Numbered from the whole stretch's first letter, positions 39,960 to 53,400 are shown. The stretch is DNA of 63,985 nucleotides, filler included, from Reclinomonas americana ATCC 50394 (GCA_048213135.1; 5 parts of 4 records of this genome joined end to end with filler, not necessarily neighbours in it), one strand, 5' to 3'. The notes: a model not told the origin generated them from the letters alone. Program-made: numbers and translations.

Positions 39960-40760
39960 CACATCTTCATTCGTGCAATGCCAGCTCCCCACCGTCGGTG
40001 TTTAGAGTGCGACGGTGGACGGGTTGGGAAGAGGTGCTGGAGATGCTAGAGGAGATTAAGAAGAAGGCGAGCCGGTGCCGTCATTCTTGAGAGTGCGTGC
40101 CACCGTTGAGGGCGGCGAGGTGGAAGGGGTCGGAAGAGATGCTAGAGGTGATGAAGAAGAAGATTGAGTTGGTGCTGTTCACCACCGGTGCCATCGTTGA
40201 GAGTGGCCAGGTGGTGGTGGGGAAGAGATGCCGGAGGTGCAAGAGGAGCCAACAGCGCAGAGGCATTCATGCTCGAAAGAGCAGAAGTCCGGGTTTCTAC
40301 TGTTGAGGGTGGCGAGATTTGGAAGAGTTGAAGGAGGTGTGGGAGGAGCCAACAGCGCAGTCCCATTCATGCTCGAGGGAGCTGAAGGCCGGGTTTCTAC
40401 TGTTGAGAGTGATTAGGTGGGTGGCACGGAAGAGTTGAGAGGTGCGAGGACGAGGTTCAATACGCCAACTCGTGCGAAGGTGACAGGGCTTTTGGAAGGG
40501 GTGCGTCCTGGAGCCATCTGCGGAAGAAAGGCTGCTCTGCACCGTCATCGTTGAGAGGGGCCAGGTGGATGGTGTAGAAGAGTTGCAAGGGGCGGCATAA
40601 GGCCTTCTGCCCACCGTCACCGTTGAGAGTGGTCAGGTAGGTAAGAGGCGATGGAGAAGGAGCCCAGTGCACAGTTGGATACACGCGCAAGGAGCAGAAG
40701 GCGGGCTCCCCCACCATCGTTGCTTAGAGTTGCCAGGTGTGCGATGTGGAAGAAGTATTC
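39960..40760. repeat. Degenerate dispersed repeat tract
   Basis: (C/A)CGTTGAGAGTGGCCAGGTGG-like motif recurs about 7 times; two longer near-copies at about 40245-40325 and 40345-40430. Confidence 0.6.
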
Positions 40761-41223
40761 GGGGTGCGATGTGGTAGCACAGTGCCTGCATTGCAGTTGT
40801 CGTGCTGCCGTCAAGACTGGTGTTTGTGTTGACAACAATTCATTCACCAACAAACAAATAACACAGCAGTCTTGATGATCCAGTCCAACCATCTCCAAAC
40901 ATGCAACAGCAGTCTTGGTCTGGATTTACAGCTGCTGCTCATTCGTTTGTCAGTGAACGAGCGCGACAAGATGAACGTCCCTCTCAGTGCTTCGGCTTTG
41001 GAGAACTGCAAAGCGACCTTCTCCACACTGCATCTCTCTCCCCAACACCCGATCGTGTTTTTTTTTTTAGGTTTTCACTTTTGACGGCATACACACACAA
41101 CGGCGCACACATGCGAAGACCGCGAGAGGAACCGCCCCCCGCCTACCGCTTAGAAACAGCAGAGAGGGGTGGCTCCCGACGCTGCACAGACTCACGTGCA
41201 CTCCATCAACATTGGACCGCAGC

Positions 41224-42405
41224 TTATTCCGCAGCCGTGGCGCGAGTGAAGATGTACTGCGCATGGTGGTGCATCACCTGGCGGATGGCGCCAGTGGCGA
41301 CGAGCTCACGCAGAGCCGCGCGTGCCAGCGAGACAGAGATCTTCATTCGTTCTGTAAACAGGGAGAAGGGAGGGGTGAGCAATGTGTGAAGGGAGAAGAG
41401 TGGTCGAGATGCAAGAGAGGAAGAAGCACGAATGCAATGACTCAGGAAGACCCGTGACATCAGGATACACGACACCGCATGATAAGAGCACCATGGCAGT
41501 GCAAACATCTTGTTTGTTGCCCCGCACTCACCGCAGACAGTGGACGGGGTGATGCACTTGGCCTTGGGCATATCGGCCTTGAACTTCTCCCAGGTCTTCT
41601 CGTCGAACTTGACGGCATGGTTGACCTTGTCCTTGCTCTTGCCCTTCGACCACTTCTACTCATCCACCATGGAGTGAATAAATCCACTCAACACGCATCT
41701 TGTCCTTGTGTCAAACAACAACAACAAACCTTCTTCTTCTGCTTGGAGCTCTGCTTGATCGCAGCCGACTTCGCGTCCTTGCCGCTCTGCACGGAGGAGC
41801 AACAAGAAGGAGGAGAGTGGTCAGCACATGGCCGTCGATGTCACTCACACTTGCTCTCATTCTCTCTCCGTGTGCAAGTCTCTTCACATCAACATCAGAC
41901 TGTGTGTATGTGGCAACAAGAGCACACTCGTGGCTCAATGACAGCAGAGAGAGAACACACACACTTTCACACGAGAAGAGTCGATCATGATAATGATCTG
42001 TGAGAATGCACACAAGGGCGCAAGTGAACACGAGAAACGCACGCACTCACAGTCACACGCAGAGAGGGACGGAGAGCACGTGTGCGTGTGCGGGGGGTGG
42101 AAGCGTGGGGCATCGCGGCACATTTGCATGGACATGGACGACACAACACACGCACACCCTCTCGCACACGCACACACACCGCTCGCCACACGAACAGACT
42201 ACTACCCTTACTCTCGCTCTCACACAGACAGACGAGAGCGCGTGAAACACACACGGACACAGTTGAAGATAAACATGGAGAAAGAAAAACGCACTCTCAC
42301 GTGTACTCTTCGCCTCACACGCTCATGGTGCGCTCACTCACACGCGCGCGCACACACGCGCAGTCTCTAATCACAGTGCGCCCCGCGGCGTCGTCAACTC
42401 ACCAT
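41224..42405 (-). CDS. RPS25: 40S ribosomal protein eS25
   Basis: KKK-KWSKGKSKDKVNHAV.FD; ITPSTV-ERMKISVSLARAALREL; QYIFTRAT. ATG-only first exon (42405-42403, ATG|GTGAGT). Confidence 0.95.
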
Positions 42406-42772
42406 TGTGTGTGTGTTTGGATAGGAGTGGGACAATGAACGTCGATGAACCGACCGGACCGCCGAACGAAATGACGCGCGATCGCCTCCGCGCAAATCCC
42501 ACGCAGCAGCAACCGCATAACTCCTCCCTCCTATGCATCTCCTTAGCCTCCTCGGCCTCCTCACGCAACAAAGCAATATCGATTTTTGCATTTTGTTCGA
42601 ATTCGAATTATCTCGAGCTCGGTGACTTGAACAGCTTCGTGCTCAGCGGCTGCAGGTACATGAAGCTGTCGTCTACAGCATTCTGCAATTACAAAGTGGC
42701 TTTTACTTGCCAAAACAAAGTTATTCATCGATCGAACAGATCCACGAGACAACTCTTGATCTTTCTCTCGCA

Positions 42773-45700
42773 ATGGCCTCGCCGAGCAGCAGCTCGTCCT
42801 CCTCCTCCATACAAACCCCACGCAGCAACAGCAACCGCATCGCCCCGCTCTCCGGCAGCGCCCCGTCCCTGCTCGGCATGTCTTCAGCCTCCTCACGCGG
42901 AGGCACGCCCTCGACTCCTCCCCCGCCTCCGGCCTCGTTTGAGGAGGCAGTGGAGCGGTTGAAGGCGGCGGAGGCCGAGTTGAGTGTGGAGCGCTTGCGC
43001 AGTCGTGCGCTGGCCGAGGAGGTCAAGAGAGCGAAGAATGAGGCTGTGAGTGTGCAGGCGCGCGTGGAGCAAGGTGAGAGAGAGGGAAGAGAGTGTGTGT
43101 GGGAGGCAGAGAGGCTCTCTTGTAAGCACACACACGCACACGCGCTCTCTGTGTTGTTTGCAAAGAGCGCGACATCGTCATCACTCACACTTACACAAAC
43201 ACGCGCGCGCGCTCTCTCTCTTGTCTCCTCGCCTTCCTGTGTGTCTCTCGTTGTGCTCTACTCTGTGTCTTAGTGTGCGTGTGTGTGCGTGTGAGAGAGA
43301 ATGAGTTGGAGACAAGTGTGACAAGTGCATTCTTCTCTCTTGTTCTTGTCTCTCTTGTCTCTGTGTGTGCGTGTGTGTGTGTGATGAGTGCCTGCCTATG
43401 TATGTGCATGAGAAAGAGTGAGTGTATGTGTGCAAGTGTGAGAGTGACAAGATTGAGAGGAATTCTCTCTCATTCTCACTCTCACTCTTGTTTCTCTCTT
43501 GTCTCTGTGTGCGTGCGTGTGTGATGAGTGCCTGCTTGTGTGCGCATGAGAGTGTGAGAGTGTGTGCCTGTGAGAGAGACAAGATTAAGAAGAATTCTCT
43601 CTTTTCTTGTGTGTCTCTCTCCTCTCTGCTCTCTCCTCTCTCTGTGATTGAGAGAGCGCACTTCATGCTCCATGCGAAGTTCTGAGTCCATTTTGAGTTT
43701 GTTCTTTATGTGGCATTGATGATGATCATTCATCTGCGATTCCGCGCATTTGCTATTTCCAGTTGTCTCTCAAGACTCATTCTGTTTTTCTTCTGCAGAG
43801 GAGGAGTTCCTCACGAATCGGCTTATGAAGAAGCTAGCGGATTTGATGAAGGAGAAGGAGCGTATTCTGATTCAGGTCGAGCAGGAGGAGGAGCATCTCA
43901 GCAATACGTTGCTCAAGAAGCTGCATCAGTTGCAAAAGGAAAAGGTTTGAAGGGGGAAGAGGAGAAAGAGACGAGGGGAGAAAGGGCTGCGTTGCTATCT
44001 CACTCCTCTCCCCTCTTCGTCCCTCTTTCTTGCTTGCAAGATATGAACAGAGAGAGGGGGAGGGAGGAAGGAAAAGGAAGAGAGAAGAGTGAGAAAAGTG
44101 AGGGGAGAGAAGAGAGTCATGGAAAGACAGAAAGAGGGAAGGTGAGCTGTCGACATAGGCGCACAAACAACTCGCTAATCGCGACGAAACGCGAAATTCT
44201 CTTGCTTTTTCTCTTTCTCTCTATCATCTCTCTCATTTTCTCCGTCTTTATTATCCCTCACTCCTCTCACTCTTCTCTCCCACTCTTCTTCTCTCTTTCT
44301 CGCGCTCTTCTATCTCTTTCTCGCTCCCCACTCCTCCCACTCTCTCTCCCTCCCTTCCGTACCCCTCTNNNNNNNNNNNNNNNNNNNNNNNNNNNNNNNN
44401 NNNNNNNNNNNNNNNNNNNNNNNNNNNNNNNNNNNNNNNNNNNNNNNNNNNNNNNNNNNNNNNNNNNNNNNNNNNNNNNTCACCCCTCTCACTGATTTTC
44501 CCTCATTCGTCTCTCTCTTCGTTTCTGGCCCCTCTCACTCTTCTCATTCCTCTTGCTTTTCTCTCCTGCTGTCCTTCTCTCTTTCTTGCTCCCCTCTCTG
44601 TCTTCCTTACCCCTCCCTCATCGTCCCTCACTCATCTTCCTCACCTGTCACTTATTTTCCCTCATTCGTCTCACTCTTCGTTCCTGGCCCCTCTCACTCC
44701 TCGCACTCTCCATTCCCACTCTCCTTCTCACCCCCCTCTCCTCTCCCTCCCTTTCTCACCCTTCTCCCCTCCTCCCCCTTCCCCTTCCGGCAGGTCGATC
44801 TGGAGCGCCAGCTTGAGGCCGAGGAGGAGTACATTGTCAACAAACTGCAGAAACAATTACGCGCCGTCATGGACGAGAAGATGTTGCTGGAGCGACAGCT
44901 GAGCGTCAACCGCGTGCAACTCATTGAGCGCCTCACCGACGTGGTGTCGCGGCTAAAGGAGGGCCGCCAGCGCATCGCCTCGGCCGCCTCCAGTCCGGCG
45001 GCAGGTGGCAGCATCTCCCCCGCCCCGACGTCGTCGGCGCCCTCCACGCCGTCGTCGTCGCCGCACCCGAATGAGCATGATTCGTCGACGGTGAGCATGA
45101 GGGGAAGGAGATGGGGAAAGGGAGAGGGAGAGAGAGAGAGAGAGAGAGAGAGGAGGAGAGAGAGAGAGAAGAAGGAGAGGTAGTGATGTTGTTCTNNNNN
45201 NNNNNNNNNNNNNNNGAGAGAGAGGGAGAGAGAGAGAGAGAAAAGGGAGAAGCGAGGTTTGAGATGTTTCTTGTCCATTTTTCTTACTCCCTTCTCTGCA
45301 GTTGGCCTGTCTCTCAGTCACACCATATTCGCACTCTCGTTCTCCCATCCTCCTCTCCCCGCTTCCTCTCCTCGCTTCCTCAACTCACTTCCTCCTCTTC
45401 TCGCTTCCCCCTTCCCCTTTCTCGCTTCCCCTTCCCCTTTCCCGCTTCTCCTTCCCCCCCCCCCCCCCTCCTCTCTTACCCGCTTTCCCGTCCTCACCAC
45501 TCCCCTTCCCCCCTCCCCAGGACGCCGCCACCGACGCCGCCCTGGTCGACGAGCTGGCCCACGAAATCGACTCACTCCGCGAACAAGCCAATGGCTTCCA
45601 CTCCGAGGCCGAGCGCTACAGAACACGAAACGAGCAGCTGCTGAGGGAGCTGTCGCGGTTGCAGACGGAGAATTTTGCGCTGGGTCAGCGCGTGCGAAAG

Positions 45701-46086
45701 GAGAGGGAAAAGTACGAGGCCGTGCAAAAGGACATGTCGATGCTGGAGTCGCACTTGGAGATGGAGTCGGAGAGGTGAGTCTTTTTGTGTCGAGTCGATG
45801 TTTCTACGCATTCTCTCATCTTTGATTGAACGCGAACAGACACCTGAACGAGTCGTTGAGTTCGCGTGGCTCGGTCAGTCCGCACCGCTCGCCCATGTTC
45901 TCGGCCATCACGCCGACGCATGCCACGGGTGCACTGGCGGCCGCTGCGGCCTCGGCGCGTCACCGCTCCGTGTCGTCGCCGCCGCCGCTGGCGCTAGAAC
46001 GGGCGCACGGGCGGTCGCGCACGCACTCCAATTCTGTAGACCGCAGCATCGATTCGTTGTCGCCGTCGCCGTCTCCGCGCAAGTGA
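42773..46086 (+). CDS. CCDC6: CCDC6-like (DUF2046) coiled-coil protein
   Basis: Repeated EQEEEFLTNRL, EQEEEHLSNTL and EAEEEYIVNKL motifs; LESHLEMESER. Confidence 0.82.
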
Positions 46087-46773
46087 GGAAAGAGAAGTAG
46101 AGTTTGTGTTTGTGTGTGTGTGTGTGAGACAGAGCAAAATATAACTGGGCGGGTGAGTTAACAAAGGAGAGAGTGGGAGGTGGGAGAGGGAAGATATAGG
46201 CAAGGGTATAGAGGGAAGGAAGCGAAGGTAGGAAGGGGCTTTTGTAATCGAGGGAGGATGAATGGGGCGTATGCAATCGAGGTTTGAGTGGAAGGTGGAC
46301 GGGTCATGCGTGAAAGAGGGAAGGCGGGGTTATATGCAACGGCGGTGAGAAGGCCGAGAGGAATACAGCTCACCGAGAAGAGAAAGAAGAGAGGGTTGCA
46401 AGGACGTATATGCAATCGAGAGTGGGGAGGGGGTTTTGCGAGGGTGGAATGGGCGAAGAGCAGGCCGAGGAAATGCAGGTCATCGATTTAGAAGAGGAGA
46501 ACTAAGAGAGAATAGCACCGATGTAAAGGCATGCGAGATGCTTGTGAGAAAGAGAGCGGGCAAGGAAGGAATGGAGAGAAAGCAGACCATCGACTGCAGC
46601 CCACGAGGAGCACATGCAACCGAGGAATGGAGAGTGAGCACGCCACGGAACTGCAGATCATGCTTCTGTTTCTACCCACTGCTCCTCCTCAGAACACCAT
46701 TTCCTACAGCTTTAGCATTTCACTAACTTCTTTCAGTGCCACTTGACCTGTTGTGGGCTTCATCCCTCCACAC

Positions 46774-48507
46774 TCACTCGGCGCCCTCATCCTCCACCTC
46801 ACCACTGCCAGCCGACACCGCATCGGCTTCACCGCCAGCTGCGCCGCCCGCCGCCGCATCACCCTCCTCACCGCCGGCCACCACGGGCGAGCTGTCGCCG
46901 GTCTTGGCCAGTGCAATCAGCGAAAACTGCTGCTCCGACGGGTCGCGCTCCACAAATCGCCTGAACAGCGCGGCGGCGTCATCCAAAAACGACTCGGCAG
47001 TGGTCGGGCCGTGGTTGACGGGGAATGGCTTGCGGCCGTCGAGCTCGTACAGGTGGCCGTCGCGCTCGACCACCGCCACAAAATGCAAGTTGATGCGATC
47101 GTCGGGCCCCGGCGGTGCGGTGGCACCCTGCTGTGCCGACACCTCGTGTGCCTCCTCCAGATCCTCCTCGCGTTCCAGGCCCTCGGCGCGCTCCAGCGGC
47201 GTCCAGTCCTTAGACTTGTCGAACCATCGGTGCAGCCAGGAGCCCTCCTCGAACCACAGGCCTTCCTTTTCTTGGTTGTTGCCGAGGGCGTGGAGGACGC
47301 CGATGGTGCCGCAGGCTTAGAGAGGGGAAGGAGATGGGAAAGGGGGGAGAGAAGTGAGAATGACAAAGCAGTGCAAGAATGTGAGACCTTGAGAGAGGCA
47401 GCATGGGACGTTAGGAGAGAGAGGAAACTACGATAACAAGTGTGGCATTGAAGAAACGAAGGAGAACGAAGCAGAAGCAGGAACATTCATCGAGGACGAT
47501 GGAGGAGCAGGACCTGTCTCTATCATCCAGCGCTTTCCCTGACACTCTCAACTCGTGCAATTCCTCTCGTTTCTTTGTCTCGCCTGTGGACTGACACTTA
47601 CATCGCGCACGGTCTTTCACTCTTCTCTACATGCAATATTCCCCTTCCCGTACAGCCTCGCGCTCCTTCCGTGTGGTCTTCACTTACCATCCAGTGGTAT
47701 CATATCCAACTCTCATGTGGTCATACTATCTTTCTCTCCCCATGCTGTGTTTCTCTCTCACTCTTTCTTTTCGTGCAGTCTTTCTCTATTATTCCCGTGC
47801 ATGTGGTCATGCTCTCCTTCCACTCCTCCCCTTTTCCTCCCTCCCCTTCACTCCACTCACCATTCCCAATCGTCTGCTTCGTGTAGTACACCTTGGGGGT
47901 CACGTGCTGACCGGACTCGGCCACACGCTGACGCTCCTCTCGATCCAACTCCTCGGTCTGCATTGCAAAATTTGAGAATCCCCGCAACTGCACAAGAATC
48001 ACTGCAACTCACAACACTCACCCGGTGTGTGATGGGGAACAGCATCACCAGAGCCAGGACGGGTTGCGGCACGAACAGAAGCAGCTGTGTCCATGAAAGG
48101 GTGAGCGACAAGTGGCATGCATGGGGGAAGAAACAAGACGGCGGAAAAAAGATTCTGATTCCCAAACTCCACACGTGCACTCACCTCTGCAAATCGTCAC
48201 CGAGCGGCAGCAGCACAGGTGGGGAGAAGAGTGTGAGCGAGGGCTTGGTGCAGCGACTGTGGAGAACACACGCACCTGGATCGGTGCCCCACACATCGAC
48301 AAACGAGTAATCGCCGCGCAGGCCGAGGCGCATGACGTAGGCGTTGAGAACATCGGGGTTGGACTCCAGCGGTACCCAGTGCATTTTGATGGCCAGCTGA
48401 GCTGCACGGCGCATCGCACGCAAGTCAGCATTGTTGTCGGCATTGTTGCTGGGCACGGGCTTTTGCGGGGCGGGGCCGATAGAGCGATTCTGATCGATGG
48501 CGGACAT
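46774..48507 (-). CDS. UCHL3: Ubiquitin C-terminal hydrolase, peptidase C12 (UCH-L3-like)
   Basis: WVPLESNPDV; PQPVLAL..LFP; KQTIGN-ACGTIGVLHA (catalytic Gln/Cys); NLHFV..LYELDGRK..PVNHG (His/Asp). Confidence 0.93.
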
Positions 48508-48697
48508 GGAGAAGAGGAAAAGGGGGGAAGGGGACGGCTCCACGGAGAGACGGGAAAAAAAGGATAAAGCTCGAAGGGACAAATTTCGGGAGAATGGTGC
48601 GGACAAGTGCAAAGGGGAAGGGAGGAGAAGGAGGAGACAACTAAAGGATGAAAAGAGAGAGAGAGAGAGGGAACGGAGAGAGAGAGAGGAGAGAGAC

Positions 48698-48795
<98 letters not shown>

Positions 48796-49021
48796 ACGAG
48801 AGAGAGAGAGGACGAGAGAGAGAGANNNNNNNNNNNNNNNNNNNNNNNNNNNNNNNNNNNNNNNNNNNNTTAATTAATTAANNNNNNNNNNNNNNNNNNN
48901 NNNNNNNNNNNNNNNNNNNNNNNNNTCCTACCTACCTACCTACTACTCACGTCGTCGTCGTCGTCGTTCCGTCTACTACTACTACTACTCGTCGTCGTCG
49001 TCGTGTGTATGTGTCTCTTCT

Positions 49022-49077
<56 letters not shown>

Positions 49078-49088
49078 GTGTGTTGCTC

Positions 49089-49528
49089 ACCCCGACGTGT
49101 CGCCGCAGACCTCATCGTGCGCATGTTCAATCTGTGGGAGAAGGAGACACCGGAGAAGCTGCACAAATTTGTCGAGTTTGTCACTGGCCTTCCAGGTGCG
49201 TTCCTGCTGCTATCTTGTGCCTTGGCTTCTGCGTTGCTGACTGCTGCTGCCGCGGCCAGGCATTCCCACCGACTGGTCGATTGGTGGGGTGGTCGATCAG
49301 GAGCGCATGATCAAGATTCGACACAGCTGGAATGATGTACGCATCCCGGTGGCTCATTTGTGCTTCTGTTGCGTTGCGTGTGGTGCGCTTGGTGCTGTCT
49401 TGCTGTCTTTTCTGATTGTTGTGTGTGGGGGGATAGGGACAACGGATGTGCGTCGGTACCGTCGCATCGACTTTGACGAGATGCTGCACGACTTTGACTG
49501 GGCGCTGGCGCACGGTGTGTTTTGTTGA
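49089..49528 (+). CDS. Divergent HECT E3 ligase C-lobe (3' end; rest lost at scaffold start)
   Basis: EKLHKFVEFVTG..P; RIPVAHLCF-WTTDVRRY resembles RLPTAHTCFNQLDLPEY; near-terminal Phe in HGVFC*. Confidence 0.75.
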
Positions 49529-49629
49529 TGAAGTTCTTTGATTGGTTTGCGCTGACTCTATTCTCGCGTGCAGTCGAGGCGGCATTCTACATTGGATAAT
49601 TGTGAATTCAGTGATAAAGGCGAAGGGCA

Positions 49630-49820
49630 CATTGAGTGGCACGGCATGTGTTTGCGGGATAAGGAGAGGAGATTGACGATAGAGGATGTGCAACAGCATG
49701 TGTTGGGAGTGCGAATGCTGAATGGTTGACCATCGTTGGTGGAGCAGATGGCCGAGGTGGCGCGACGATCTCCTGCATTACAGACGAGACTGTGGGAGGT
49801 GATTGAGATGTCGAAGGAAG
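49630..49820 (+). pseudogene. Broken fragment of a NACHT-WD40 paralog
   Basis: DNA matches about 52770-52965 (RLTIEDVQQHVLGVRMLNG*PSLVEQMAEV..RLWEVIEMS) with a CGA to TGA stop. Confidence 0.88.
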
Positions 49821-49870
49821 CTCTTCTGCAGGAGTCAGCGAGGGAATGTGTTGATTGATCGAGCTTACGG

Positions 49871-50257
49871 TTGCGTGCTTGCGAGCTGGACAAGTTGACG
49901 AGTCGGCACAGAGTGGCAACGATCCTGCACGAGGAGTTCGGAGACTCGAGTGTGCACAGGGCAGTCTTCTACACTGAGAAGGTCCCACAGAATTTGTTGG
50001 CAGCAGGAGAAGGCCAGTTGGCACAGTTGAAACCAGACATTGCGGCTGTGACTCGAGCAGGTCCAGGTGCCGATGCACAGGCGACGAAAGTGCTGATTGT
50101 GGAGCTCACCGTGGCGTACCCGAAGGACGAGGAAGCGTTGCAGAAGGCGTACGACCGCAAGCTGATGAAGTATGCCGAGCTGGTGGAGAAGATCGATATC
50201 CAAATGCACACTGAAGCGGTTTGTTTCAAGATCTTGGAGCGGTTCAGCTTGCATTGA
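49871..50257 (+). mobile_element. Restriction-like (PD-(D/E)xK) endonuclease relic of RLE-type non-LTR retrotransposon
   Basis: C..RH.V..IL...KPDI..VLIVELTV...AYDRKLMKYAEL follows the RLE pattern RH..PD..(D/E)..K..KY. No RT nearby. Confidence 0.7.
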
Positions 50258-50426
50258 AGACTGATGGTTGTGCAAGAAAAGCTGACTCTCTCTGCAACAC
50301 CCGCTTTGCCCACCAGGCTGTTCGGCTTGCAAGGATCACTGCACGAAAGAAACCCGCCAATTCTGTGACAACCTCATTGACAGGATTTTTGGGGAAACGC
50401 GACGGAGAACAGAACAAACGCGCGCA

Positions 50427-53400
50427 ATGTCGGTTTGTGTTTGTTTGTTTTCTCCACGTCCTTCTCTGTATATACTCACTGTCCTTGTATGTCGCAGTTC
50501 TCTGTGCACGTGAGCGCAGCGCATGATTCGTCGCTGTCAGTGGTGGTGGAGGGCATGTCGGCCATGTCCACTCTCGCGGATTTGCTTCGCGAGGCCACAC
50601 ACTTGCTGCGTGAGAAGAGTGGAGATGCGGGGATGGAGATCGTGGGGGTGGAAAAGCCGGTAGATACTGACTTGGAGGACGCGCACGTGACGAAGCTTCG
50701 GATGATTGGAATCAGGACTTCTTGTCATCTCGTCGTCCGTGTGACACTTGGCATGGCGCTGCTGTCGACTGGAGGGAGTGGGAGTGGAAGGTATGTGTTT
50801 GCGATCATCTTTCTGCGCATGCCATGCATCTCACTCCCTTGTCCTCGCACAGCAACTCGGAGCGAGTGACACGGTTTGTTTTGCTTGCATTGTATGCATC
50901 CTCACTCCATTCCTTGTTCTTCTCTCGGGGTGAGTCTATGCTGACTGTGTTTGTGTGTGCATGCAGAATGATCAACTCGCAGCGCATCAACATGGCCTTT
51001 GAGGTGGTGGAGGAGGCCGTTCGCGTGCGCTGTCAACGCGCACTGGCGCAGTTCAGTCGTGATCATGCCGACTTTGATGTGCGGGCATGGGTGTCGAGTT
51101 TCACGCCTACTGGCATGGATGCGGTGGCAGTGAAGGCATGGCGTGAGCGACATGCTCCGCTCCATCCCAATCGAGTCGCGCTGTTTAAGGAGAAGCAGCT
51201 TGGTGTGTTGGCCTGGCGTGCTGCATTTGACGCTGATCCCTCGTCCGACCCCACGTGTGACGGTTTCGACACGACGGCACTCACCTCCATCATGCTGTAT
51301 GGCGGCCTTGTGCTGGATGACGGTCGCAAGCTGTTGCTCATTGACGGTGTTGATGAACGGAAGGCTGTGGAGGAGCTCAACGATTTGAGAAAGGGGTTGG
51401 CGCACAAGGATTTCGTGCTGACAGATGCCACTGTACATCAGTATCTCGGTGACGGCGGTATCTTCCTCTCCATCCTCTCACGACTGAAGTTGACGGCTGA
51501 TGAGCGAGCTCGATTCTCTGCTCGTATCTGTGAGGCCCGTCACGTCCAGCACGTAATCAGCACTTTCGAGGAGCGACTGCATCGACTGGCTGTGCGCGAG
51601 CTCTCATTCTACCAGCACGACGAGAGTGTGCACAAGGACATGCACATGTATGTGCCACTGCTATGCTCGCGTGATCGTGACGTCTCGTCGAGAGAGAAGA
51701 TGACGGACCTATTGACGGAAGTTGAAGCCTTCCTCTCTGACACGAACACCTCCCAGCGTGTGTTGGTGCTGTTCGGCAACAGTGGAGCCGGCAAGACCAC
51801 CACCATGTCGGTGCTGGCTGAGCGAGCATGGCGACAGTGGCAGACAAGGGAAAGCAGACGAGTGCCTGTGCGTGTGCCTCTCGGCGCACTGCGCAATCCC
51901 GATGAGCGATTGTTGGAGGAGGCACTGGAGCGACTCTCACCCGAGTTGGGATTGGAGTCGGATGTGCGACGGTTGAAGGAGGAACCACTGCTCTTGTTGC
52001 TCGACGGATACGACGAGTTGTACCGTGGTGTGAATCTGTTTGTCAAGAATCAGCTGGATGTGTGTCGCGATGTAAAGGTGATTATCACCTGTCGAGGCGA
52101 TTACGCTTTGACGGCACTGGGTGGCGTGACGCAGTATCGACGGTACTTTGCGCCCGTGGATGCACGAGGACAGTTGTGCATGCTCCAGCTGATGGAGCGA
52201 CACATTGCACCATTCAGCAAGGAGCAGATTGAGGAGTATTTTGCGCGACTGGTGCGAGTGGGTGGTGATGACGGTGAAGTGCGATGGTCGACTGCCGAGG
52301 AGTACATTCGTGCGCTGAAATGTGTGCATGGACTGGATGCACTGGTGTCGAATCCATTCCTGTTGGCCGTGGTGGCTCGTGTACTGCCGCAGTTGGTGGC
52401 AAGTGGAGTGCAGCGACCGACTCGGTATGATGTGTTTGACCGATTCATTCGGCAGTGGATTGAGAGGGAACAGGAGAGGCAGACGCGTCTTGGTGCAGAG
52501 CGTGTGCCGAGTGAGGAGACGTGTCTCGCGTTCTGTGAGGGACTGGCGCGGTTGATGCATGAGAAGAATGTGGTGCGTGTGTCGGTGACGGAGAGTCAAT
52601 CAAGTGAGGATGACTTTGGTGGTGCGCCACTCGCCTTGCAACAAGTGGAAGAGGGACCGTTTGATAAGTTCCTAGGTCACAAGAACCAGCATGTGCGTGT
52701 GTGCTGCCCTATTGTGCGACGGTATGGGACGACGCAGTGGGGATTTGTGCATCTGTCATTGTTGGAGCACTGTGTGGCACGGCACGTGTTAGCATGGGAG
52801 ACGTGGGATGAGGAGAGGAGATTGACGATACAAGATGTACAACAGCATGTGCTGGCAGTGCGACTGCTGAATGATCGACCATCGTTGGTGGGGCAGATGG
52901 CCGAAGTGGTGCGTCGCTCTCCCATGTTGCAAGCGAGACTGTGGGAGGTGATTGAGTTGTCACGAGAGTTGGATGATGAGCGATTGGTGACGGCTGCCGC
53001 AAATGCAGCGACGGTGCTGTGTGTGGCACAGGTGTCGTTCAGTGGGCGAGATCTGTCGGGTGTGCGAGTGAGGGGTGCGGATTTGAGAGATGCGGTGATG
53101 CACAGGACGGTGTGGAGAGGAGCGGATTTGCGAGGGGTGAATGTGTGCATGGCGTATGCGAGGGAAGCGGATTTCCGGGGGGCGGATGTGACGGGTGTAA
53201 AGTGGCCGAGGAAGTCGATGGAGGTGCACGCCGACGAGGTGAACTCGGTCGCCGTCACTCCCGATGGCCTGCACATAGTGAGTGGTAGTGATGACGAGAC
53301 TGTACGAGTGTTGTCGGTGGCAAGCGGAGAGGAGGTGCTGCGACTGGAAGGCCACAGTAGGGTTTCTGCGGTGGTGGTGACGCCCGATGGCCAGCACATC

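Noticed and set aside
41787-42402. Intronic snoRNA in the RPS25 first intron
   Set aside because: No convincing paired C (RTGATGA) and D boxes on the sense strand; H/ACA structure cannot be judged by eye.
46774-49528. UCH next to HECT as a ubiquitin gene cluster
   Set aside because: Separated by the linker at 48870, so they are on different scaffolds.
50722-50966. ORF-track N-terminus (MSSRRPCD...) of the 1510-aa protein
   Set aside because: Non-ATG start reading through probable introns. The spliced model from 50427 has consistent GT/AG phases.
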